This document shows positions 29,309 to 38,000 of a stretch of DNA of 64,000 nt, piece by piece (the stretch's first letter is position 1; each line of letters starts with the position of its first letter). This DNA is from a virus (Duplodnaviria > Caudoviricetes): the IMG/VR virus record IMGVR_UViG_3300037400_004179, positions 3,427 through 67,426 of that record; one strand, written 5' to 3'. The notes under the pieces were generated by a model. The model did not search any database. It was not told where the DNA came from and worked only from the letters and a program-made list of their open reading frames with translations. A program made the position numbers and the translations under genes.

Positions 29309-29806
29309 ATGAAATACATAAGAGTGAATAAGGTGGATGCAGAGCCGATGGCCTTCGGCGAGTTCAAGGAGAAGTTCCCGAAGTCGGGCGGCGCGAACAT
29401 CGAGCGCGACCCCGCTGACGTAGGCTACGTCATCACCTACCGCAAGGGCGAGCCGAACGAGTATGTCTCGTGGTGCCCCAAGGCCGAGTTTGAAGCGGTC
29501 AGTCGCCCGGTTGACGGCATGACCTTCGGCGAAGCCATCGAAGTCATGAAGCGTGGCAAGAAAGTCGCTCGCAAGGGCTGGAACGGCAAGGGCATGTGGC
29601 TCTGCGTTCCGCTCTGCGACGGCCCCAAGGAGATTCCCGCGACAGGCATCTGGGGCAAGCCCAACGCCGAGTACGCCGAGCAGAACGGCGGCACGGTCAA
29701 GGTTGTGCCCTACATCACGATGAAAGCCGCAGACGGCACAATCGTCATGGGCTGGCTTGCCTCGCAGACCGACATGCTCTCCGAGGATTGGTGCATCGTC
29801 GAGTAA
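29309..29806 (+). CDS. DUF2829 / Tad2-family anti-defence sponge with extra N-terminal domain
   Basis: C-terminal MTFGEAIEVMKRGKKVARKGWNGKGMWL...W.ASQTDMLSEDW matches Tad2/DUF2829 hallmark. Confidence 0.8.
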   Translation: MKYIRVNKVDAEPMAFGEFKEKFPKSGGANIERDPADVGYVITYRKGEPNEYVSWCPKAEFEAVSRPVDGMTFGEAIEVMKRGKKVARKGWNGKGMWLCVPLCDGPKEIPATGIWGKPNAEYAEQNGGTVKVVPYITMKAADGTIVMGWLASQTDMLSEDWCIVE

Positions 29807-29859
29807 TCAATCCACAACATGACGTCACGCCCCTCGCGGGCGTGACGCCCCACCAGACC

Positions 29860-30192
29860 ATGAGCAGAAAAATCTACATAGCAGGTCCGATGCGCGGACT
29901 CCCCTTCAACAACTACCCGAAGTTCGACCGCATCGCCGCAGAGCTTCGGCAGAAGGGTTGGGACGTCGTAAACCCAACGGAGATCGGCGCAACCGTCGGC
30001 ACGATCGAACAGCTAAATAACGACAAGAAGCTCCTCGATGTCGTTCTCTACAAGGAAATGAGCGCTCTCGCTCAATGCGACGCCATCTATCTTCTTACGG
30101 GATGGGAGCGGTCGGCGGGAGCGAAAACCGAACTTCTTAACGCTCTCGCCGCAGACCTTGAAATTATCCCCGAGAGGATTCCGGCACCATGA
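29860..30192 (+). CDS. DUF4406 (nucleoside deoxyribosyltransferase-like) protein
   Basis: KIYIAGPMRG..NY..F, VVNP, CDAIYLLTGWERS.GA..E. Confidence 0.85.
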   Translation: MSRKIYIAGPMRGLPFNNYPKFDRIAAELRQKGWDVVNPTEIGATVGTIEQLNNDKKLLDVVLYKEMSALAQCDAIYLLTGWERSAGAKTELLNALAADLEIIPERIPAP

Positions 30193-30668
30193 ACAGGACC
30201 AGCAGCTTGACAAAGCGCCCTTCGCGCTCCCGCAGCATTCCCGCTTCTGCGTGTCGCGACACACGGGCAGTTTCGCTCGGATTCATCCCCGACGCCGTGA
30301 AGCTCGTCAAGATTCAGCGCGAGATGTTCTGGCGCGAGACGCACCACATCTACCCGAACCGCATTCTGATGACGGAGACCTTCGCCTCATGCCTCTGCCG
30401 CGAGCTTGCCAGGGCGATGGGCATTGCGGTGCCGCTTGGCGAGAAGCCGATCGTGAAGCCGGGAACAACGGTGATGGACATGCGCGTCCATGTCGTGCCG
30501 GACGACTGCATGGCGCTCCCCTGCGAAGTCTCGTTCGCGCAGGAACTGCGTCTGCCCGGCTATGATCGGCAGTACATGACAAACGCTCAGGCCGCGCTCG
30601 CCCGCATGGAGCTGAACGGCTATACGGTCCATGATTTCAGCGGATTCATGCTGGAGAACAAATCATGA
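30189..30668 (+). CDS. hypothetical protein
   Basis: ATGA overlaps at both ends; GC3 bias. Confidence 0.55.
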   Translation: MNRTSSLTKRPSRSRSIPASACRDTRAVSLGFIPDAVKLVKIQREMFWRETHHIYPNRILMTETFASCLCRELARAMGIAVPLGEKPIVKPGTTVMDMRVHVVPDDCMALPCEVSFAQELRLPGYDRQYMTNAQAALARMELNGYTVHDFSGFMLENKS

Positions 30669-32236
30669 GCCGCCCGATTGTCATGCTTGACCTTTATTGC
30701 GGTGCTGGCGGTTATTCCACCGGCTTCCGCGAAGCAATGAAAGAGCTTGGCCTTGCCTTTATAGAGTTTGCGATCAATCACTGGGATCGCGCCATTGAGA
30801 CGATGCGCAGCAACCATCCAGAGGTCAAGGCCCTCCAGATGGATATTGATGCGGCGACGCCGGAAGACATTGACGTGGATGTGATTGACCTTCTCCACGC
30901 CTCGCCGTCCTGCACACACCACTCGCGCGCGAAAGGCGGCAAGCCGAGGTCGAATCAGCTCCGCTCCCAGCCAAACGAGATATGGAAGTTTATCGACAAC
31001 AAGCACGTCCGCTATGTGACAATCGAGAATGTCCCGGAGTTCACGAAGTGGGGCCCGCTCACGAAAGACGGCAGGCCGATCAAGCGACTTGAAGGCGAAT
31101 GCTTCAACGCCTGGCTCCAGCAGTTCACCGCCCGTGGCTACGCCTACGAATGGCGCATACTCAACTGTGCCGACTACGGCGACGCCACTTCACGCAAGCG
31201 CTTCTTCCTCATCGCGGTCAAGAAGGGCTGCGGCAAGATTCGCTGGCCGGAACCGACACACGCGGAGAACCCGCAACCCGATCTTTTCGGCCACGAATTG
31301 AAGAGGTGGCGCGGCGTAAACGAATGCCTCGACTATTCCGACATCGGACACTCCATCTTCGGGCGCAAGAACCCTCTCGCGCACAACACGTTGCGCCGCG
31401 TCGCCGTGGGTCTGCGTAAATACTGCGGCATCGACTTTCAGATCGACATGCTCGGCGCGGGCGAAAACGACGAATCCCGCATACTTCCGCTTACGAAACC
31501 ATTACGGACACAGCACACCAACAACCGCACGATGATTGTCCGTCCGTTTCTGGTGAAGCTGAACAACCATGCGACCGTGGAGGACGTTGCTGATCCGCTG
31601 ACAACCGTCACCACGTCCGGCAACCACCACGCGCTTTGCACGCCGTTCATTCTCAAGATGCGCAACAACCAGGACTGCGCATCCGTGGACGAGCCGCTTT
31701 CAGCAATCGCCTGTTCGGGTGCGCACCACGAGCTTTGCCAGCCAATCATCGTTGAGATAACGAACAACGGCAAGGCCCGAAGGATAAAGCAGCCAATTGG
31801 AACGCAGACCAGCAAAGACCATTTCGCCGTTGTGAGGTCGTTCGTCCTCGGTCAGCAAGGCGGGGCGCAACTCCGCCCGGATGGTGAGCCGTGCCCTACA
31901 GTGGCGACGGCTGGCTCTATCAGGAAGATTGATGTAGCGATTCTCGACATGAGCCGTCCCGGAGGACACGACTCCGGACATGTCCGCTCCGCCAAGCAGC
32001 CGCTCCAGACCCTCACGACATGCGACAACGTGCAGGGTGTGTTTGCTGTTCTTGAAGACGGACGGCTCCTCGATGTGCGAATCCGCATGTTGAAGCCGTC
32101 GGAGCTTGCCGCCGCCCATTCCTTCCCGAAGGGCTACAAGCTCGCGGGTACGCGCGCCGACCAGGTAAAGCAGATCGGCAATTCGATCCCTGTTCAAACT
32201 GCAAAAGCAATCGTAAAGGCGATATTCACGAAATGA
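30665..32236 (+). CDS. C5 DNA cytosine methyltransferase
   Basis: DLYCGAGG, HASPSC, IENVPEF, YGDATSRKRFF, QIGNS. Confidence 0.92.
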   Translation: MSRPIVMLDLYCGAGGYSTGFREAMKELGLAFIEFAINHWDRAIETMRSNHPEVKALQMDIDAATPEDIDVDVIDLLHASPSCTHHSRAKGGKPRSNQLRSQPNEIWKFIDNKHVRYVTIENVPEFTKWGPLTKDGRPIKRLEGECFNAWLQQFTARGYAYEWRILNCADYGDATSRKRFFLIAVKKGCGKIRWPEPTHAENPQPDLFGHELKRWRGVNECLDYSDIGHSIFGRKNPLAHNTLRRVAVGLRKYCGIDFQIDMLGAGENDESRILPLTKPLRTQHTNNRTMIVRPFLVKLNNHATVEDVADPLTTVTTSGNHHALCTPFILKMRNNQDCASVDEPLSAIACSGAHHELCQPIIVEITNNGKARRIKQPIGTQTSKDHFAVVRSFVLGQQGGAQLRPDGEPCPTVATAGSIRKIDVAILDMSRPGGHDSGHVRSAKQPLQTLTTCDNVQGVFAVLEDGRLLDVRIRMLKPSELAAAHSFPKGYKLAGTRADQVKQIGNSIPVQTAKAIVKAIFTK

Positions 32237-32414
32237 AAGACTACATCCATTTGGAGTTTATTGGCTTTCAGGCGATCATCCCGAAGGAGACGGGCATTAC
32301 CGCCGCGAAACGTCGCCACGACGCGCTGGCCCGTCGCAAATACGCCAAGCCCTTTAAGTTCTTCAAGTTCAACCGTGCACGAAAGGCAACGGTAAAATAG
32401 GGAGAATCAATACA

Positions 32415-32597
32415 ATGCTAATAACTCTCGACATTCGCGATAACACCGGCTTGGCGACTCCGAAGGAAGTCACCGTCGATGTCGTCGATCTAAAGGCGTC
32501 CGACAGCGAGATGCGCTTCGCCGCAGACCTGACCGCCGCCGTTAAAGACTTCGCAACTACCTATCATCCACCAAAAAAGGAAGAATCCCATGAGTGA
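32415..32597 (+). CDS. small hypothetical protein
   Basis: GGGAG RBS; overlaps next start. Confidence 0.45.
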   Translation: MLITLDIRDNTGLATPKEVTVDVVDLKASDSEMRFAADLTAAVKDFATTYHPPKKEESHE

Positions 32598-32976
32598 ATA
32601 CGTTTCCTGCACCAACAAGGATTGCACTTGGTGCGATACAGTCGCGTGCAACGCACCCAACTGGTCCTTTGCACAGAAGCTCATTTGCCCGCTTAGGGCG
32701 AAACCTGCCACGAAATATGCACCTGGGCAGTTCGACGAACGCGCCCACGACCACGGACAGAGCGTGATAGACGAAATGCGCAAGGCTACTGGCATAAAAG
32801 ACGGAACCGCGCATTCCGTCTGTGTGACAGTCTACATCGACGGCTACTTGCAGTTCGCTGGAGCCGACGCCTGCCTCGGCCCGGAGGTAAGCCGGAGAGA
32901 CGCGAAGAATCAGGCTATGTTCATTCTCCGGCGCATGGACCCCGAAGGCAAAATGACGAAAGGCGACACAAAATGA
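32590..32976 (+). CDS. hypothetical protein
   Basis: 128 aa; Cys cluster at N-terminus. Confidence 0.5.
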   Translation: MSEYVSCTNKDCTWCDTVACNAPNWSFAQKLICPLRAKPATKYAPGQFDERAHDHGQSVIDEMRKATGIKDGTAHSVCVTVYIDGYLQFAGADACLGPEVSRRDAKNQAMFILRRMDPEGKMTKGDTK

Positions 32977-33350
32977 AACCAGAACTCAACCTCACCCTAA
33001 AAGCCAAGTGGTTCAACATGATCGCAAAGGGCGTGAAGCTCGAAGAGTACCGCGACTGCGAACACCGCCAAGTCCAGCGCGCCTATCTTGCCGCGTTCAA
33101 CGATGTGAACTACTGGCATAGACCGCGCGTTGCGGTCTTCCGCAATGGCTACACAATGAAGTCTCGCGCCCTTGCCGTCGAGATCATCGGCTACGACCTT
33201 CGCGGATACACGACCGTCAAGCACCCGGAATGGGGCGAGCCGAGGTGCCGCCGTCTGCATCTCGTCGTGAAGCTCGGCAAGATACTCGCCTACGGGTCTT
33301 ACGTCGAAGTCCGCGACTGCATTGAGGACTGTATCGAAAGACTGCGATAA
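32973..33350 (+). CDS. ASCH/PUA-like domain protein
   Basis: LTLKAKWFNMIA.G.KLEEYR...FRNGY...WG ASCH-like pattern. Confidence 0.7.
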   Translation: MKPELNLTLKAKWFNMIAKGVKLEEYRDCEHRQVQRAYLAAFNDVNYWHRPRVAVFRNGYTMKSRALAVEIIGYDLRGYTTVKHPEWGEPRCRRLHLVVKLGKILAYGSYVEVRDCIEDCIERLR

Positions 33351-33426
33351 AATAATTCTGAAAAATTGTCCAAATTTTATTTGCGGGTAATTTGCAGAGC
33401 AGCAAATAACGGCGCGATAATCAAGC

Positions 33427-33464
33427 AAAAATCGGCGTAGCCAGACAAAACTACGCCGATTTTT
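33427..33464. terminator. bidirectional intrinsic terminator between converging ASCH gene and integrase
   Basis: Perfect 14-bp inverted repeat AAAAATCGGCGTAG-N10-CTACGCCGATTTTT. Confidence 0.85.
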
Positions 33465-33510
33465 ATTTGCGGAAATGTCCAAATCCCGTCCAAAATATTT
33501 CTGAAAAAAT

Positions 33511-34737
33511 TTAAGAATTGACGGTCGGGCTATGCTCGGCCGCTTCGCTCGGCATGATCGCAAAGTACGCCTCTCCGTCTTTCTTGCTCGCCAGCCCGCA
33601 GTAGTTCATAGCGCAGTATCTTTTGCTTGTTCCGACAATAGCCTGTGTGTTTGCTGGATTGCCGAATGCTGCGACGTGATATGTGATGAAGGTATGCCTT
33701 ATGCAGTTCTGGAACACGGGCACCTTGTGCTTTCTCGCAAGCTTGTATATTTTCGCGATCGTTTTTTTATCGACCTTCTTGATGGCGTCCATGAAGTCGA
33801 AGGACTTGATCCACGCCATTGCCGTCTTTTCGAGATGGAACGCCCTCGGCATCTTCCCTCGCTGGAATCCCTTGCCCATTGCGATGCGCACCGTCTCATC
33901 GTCGAGGTGTATCTTTGCCGCGCCCTCAATCATGGCCATGCGGCGAATCTCCACCGCGCGTGTCCCGCAGAAAAATCCGACAATGGCTTGCGCAAGGTAT
34001 TCCGGGTGTTCGTTCTTCTCGGATTCAAGGATCCGGAACAGGCGTTCCACGTCCTCAACCTTCATATACTCCGGCTCTTCCCAGGGCTCTTCCTTGAACT
34101 TGACCGACTTGATCGGGCTCTTGGGTATGTATTTTCGCTCGTCCTTTGCGCACCAGTTGAAGAATGTCTTTATTCCGAGGAGATGGGAGTTGTATGTTTT
34201 GGGCTTGTGCTGTCCGTAGTTGGCGGTAAGATAGTCCACGACGTTCTTTGCCGTCACGACGGACAGCTTCTTTTCGGCTCCAAAAGTCTGCACGAACTTT
34301 CCGGTCGTGTAGCGGTGAGTCCGCTTGTCGTCGCCTTCGGGCTTCGATCTGTAGAACTCCCCCCAGGCCTCGCCCAGCGTCTTGTCGCTTCCGTCTTCCT
34401 CGGCCCTCGCAGAACCGTCCAGAAACGCGCGCACGACGTCGGTAAGGGACATTGCGATCTTCGCCATCGCAAGCTCGTCAAGGGCGTTCCTCGCGTCCAG
34501 CGCCTGCATTGGATTCAACCTCACGGCGGCGTCGCCTCCGGCCTGATGGCGAAGGAAGAAATCTTTGATGTCCTTCTTGAGTTCCTCGATTGTGTTCCTG
34601 GTCTTCCGCACAGGGGCTTTCGAGAACGGATCAGTTCCGAAGTACGCTTCGAAGCTGATGCGTTCGCCGCCCTTGCGGTCCTTCCTGACCCGTCGTTTGA
34701 TGTTGTTTTCAACAACAGACTTCGGCAAATAACTCAT
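33511..34737 (-). CDS. int: tyrosine recombinase / phage integrase
   Basis: 408 aa; core-binding domain, then GTR..EI, GK, IRHTFITYH and terminal NY tyrosine. Confidence 0.85.
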   Translation of the reverse strand: MSYLPKSVVENNIKRRVRKDRKGGERISFEAYFGTDPFSKAPVRKTRNTIEELKKDIKDFFLRHQAGGDAAVRLNPMQALDARNALDELAMAKIAMSLTDVVRAFLDGSARAEEDGSDKTLGEAWGEFYRSKPEGDDKRTHRYTTGKFVQTFGAEKKLSVVTAKNVVDYLTANYGQHKPKTYNSHLLGIKTFFNWCAKDERKYIPKSPIKSVKFKEEPWEEPEYMKVEDVERLFRILESEKNEHPEYLAQAIVGFFCGTRAVEIRRMAMIEGAAKIHLDDETVRIAMGKGFQRGKMPRAFHLEKTAMAWIKSFDFMDAIKKVDKKTIAKIYKLARKHKVPVFQNCIRHTFITYHVAAFGNPANTQAIVGTSKRYCAMNYCGLASKKDGEAYFAIMPSEAAEHSPTVNS

Positions 34738-35079
34738 GGTTGTCTCTCCATGTGTAGTTTTTCTCTATGTGATTCAGATGTGACACCAAGATTCCATTGC
34801 AGAATCCTACTATCACAAAAACAACGCAGAGCATTGTACCATAAGCCCAAACCCGCGTCAACCCGCCTCTACCTATTCAATGGTATTATACCAAACTGGC
34901 AGTATAGGCGCAATAGTGACAGGAAATCGCGCAGGGGTTGGGAATTTGGCGAGATATAAACACGTAATGACGCGTTGAATCATGTAGAGAAATGTTAGAA
35001 TCAAATATAAATTGTTAGAATCGGGGCGTGTTTTTTGTGACTTCCTTGCGACGCGCGGGCACTTTGAGCACCCTGCGCG

Positions 35080-38000
35080 TCATCGGTTGTCGCGTATCAT
35101 CTTGACGACTTTCTCCTTCTCGGCGTTGAGTTCCAAGAGCGCTTTTTCGATCTCCTTCTGAACTTCCGCGACGTTGATGTTCGGGTTCGGATTCGTGCGC
35201 GCAAGCTCCAGCTTCTTGATGCTGCGGTTGATTTCCCTTTCCTCGGAATCGACCTGGCGAACGTGCCCGATGATTGTAGCGGCGACCTCCGGCTTCATCA
35301 GCGGATTGGATGTGCGGATGTTCTCGATGAGCTCCTCTTTCTCCGATTCGTCGAGCATCGGGTCGCGTGCGATCTTCTCGATACTTGAATAATCCTCGCG
35401 GAACTTGTTCGACAGTATCTTGTAGTCGTCCTTGCGGTAGGTGCCCTTGCCGAACCCTGTCATTACGAGCGACGCCCCGATGATGCCTGTCAGCCATTCG
35501 CCGTCCCTGCCGTTCTCCCATATCGACTTGCCCGCATCGCGCAACGAGATCGGGGCAAGCGACAGCATCACTTCGAGCGGGCCGTAGTCCTGTCCCGCGT
35601 AATCCTTTCCGGCAAGCGCCGCAAAAGCGTTGCTGATGAGCGGCGTGACGCGTCCGCGCAAGAAGTGCGCAACCTCCCCGAAGTAGTCGCGGATCGGCGT
35701 CGTGCGTCCATTTCCGCCCTCCTTGACGCCGGACAGGAGCTTGTTTCCAAGACGGCCGAAAGCCACTTCGCCGCCCGTGAAGTCAAGCTGCGTGTGCCCG
35801 ATGCGCGGTGCCATGAGCATAATCGCCTTCTGCGCGAGCGAAGCCCTCTTGAATTTGTCCTTGTCGTCGTCTCGCCCGAAGAGCGCGAGGAGAAGCCCCC
35901 CAAGCAGCATTGCGCCGATGTGCGACTTCAAAAACTCCTTCGTGCCGAGCCACGACATGCGGGCGCGTTCTTTCATCGTGCCGGATCCGTCCTCTTCGGC
36001 AGAAGCCATCCACGGATGCCAGATCGTGTAGCCGAGATGCCGCTTGAACTGCGAATCGACGAGTCCAGGCGCCCACAAAACCTTCCCGAGAACGCTGCGC
36101 GCGTTCTTCGAGAGCGTTCCCGAGCCATTCATGACGTTTATCATGTCGCAGACCATCTTCTTCTCGAAGGTAGACGCTCCGGACGGGAACAGCCCGGGAT
36201 CCTTTACAATCGTCGAGTAGAGGTTTGCCGAAACGGTGTTGATGTAGGTCGCATACAGGCGGTCGCTGTTCGCTATCGCCGTGCCATACACCGGGATGTC
36301 GGTCAGCCGTACCGTGCGCCCGCCTATCGTGAAGCCCCTGTCGATCGCGTCGAAGAACTCCACGCGGTCGCCGCGGTTCTCCGCGAAGTCGCCCGCCTTC
36401 TTCCAGTGCAGCCACTTGTTGTCTACGGCCTCCTTCACCACGGGCTCGGTCATTAGGTCGCTCTCGATGTTCTCCGCGTTGGCCTCGCTGGTGAACGCCG
36501 AAATGGACTGCGTGAAGCTCCGTGCCGTTATCGCCGGATGCGCGACGGCAAGCGAGCCAGTCTGGTTGCCCACTTGCGTGAGGTCGAGCGATGCGGTCGC
36601 CATTTTCCATACGCCGTCGATGAATCGGTAGGCGTCGCCGATCTTGCGCATGTAGACGGGCCGTAGCATTTCCCTCGCCTCGGCGCGGAGCTGACGCATC
36701 TTGCGGTGCGCCCGCCGCAGCTCTTCGCCCATCGCGTCGTACCGGCTCTGCATGTCCTCCGGCATCGGCGGAGTCTTGCGGACGGTCGGCCTTATGTCGC
36801 CGTTCAGGATCTTCTCCTGTATGCGGAGAATCGCCCGTTCGCGCGCTTTCATGCGCATGGCGTTCCGCTTCTCGATCTCCTCGGGCGTCCCTTCGGGGAA
36901 CGCGGCCTTCTTCAGCGCGCGGTACGTCTCGTTCGTCCACCGTATCTGTTCGCGCAGATGCTCGATCTCGTCAGACGTGACGGGGTTGGCGACGCGGTTG
37001 TTCGAGAAGTCGCCCGTCCTTGCGCGCCCAAGCCGCTCCAGGGCGTTTTCAAGAACCTTCTGGAGCGCCTTTTCTGCGCGCGCCCTGCGCTGTTCGTCGG
37101 TGAGGGTCGATTTCTCCCCGAAGAGGTCGTCGTAGGTCTTGCGCAGCTCGTCGCGCCTCGCTTTCAGGTTGTGGAGTTCGACATCTTCCACCACGGTGCG
37201 CCGCGCCCGCTCGATCTTCTCCCCGCGCAGTATTGCCCGTTCGAGATCGGCTATCTGGTTCTTGATGCGCGTCTTGGCGGAGTCGAGCGCGCCCTTGAGC
37301 GCACGCGGACCGCCCTCCTGCTGGTCGATGTCCTTCTTCATCTCCTGGACCTCGCGGCGGAGCGCCCGCGTTTCGTCGGAGGGCTCGTCTCGCACCATGC
37401 CCGTCTGCGGCGGAAGTCGTCCGTTCTCCAGCATGTAGTCGCGCTGCCGCTTTGCGAGAGACTGCGCCTTGAGGTCGTTCATCTTGCGCTGGGAGTCATA
37501 GCGACTCTGGCGGTAGTTCTGCCCGAATCCCGTCAGCACGTCGCGCACGGTCTCTTCGTCGATGCCGTCGTCGAGGAACTGCCCGACGTCCCGCCGTATG
37601 GCGTCTATCACGCCCTGCTCGTCAATGTCGGGGTTCATGAAGCAATGGTACTCTCCGATCGCCCTGAGCCATTTGCCCCACGACGGATACAGCTGGTCGG
37701 CGAGGCCGATGAGCGTGCCGCCGGCTTCGTCCGCGTGGACTTCGATCTGGTTCAGCGCGTCGTTGTAGTTGCGCGTGACGCGCTTAAGCTCGTTCCCCGC
37801 GCCGCGCGGCGTCATCGAGCGCGTCTTGTCCCCGCGCTTTATGTCGTCCACGATCTTCTGCGAAAAGAGCTTCAGGCGCTCCACGGCCATCTGCCGCTGC
37901 TGCTCGTCGAGATTCTTGAAGTTCTCGGCGAGACGTCCGATCTCCGCGTCCATCTTCCCGGGAATCTCCATCCCGCCGAGCTCGGTCTGCACCATGCCGC

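Noticed and set aside
33440-33460. GACAAAACTACGC resembling a tmRNA tag sequence
   Set aside because: It lies in the loop and arm of a terminator hairpin with no tRNA-like ends; judged coincidental.
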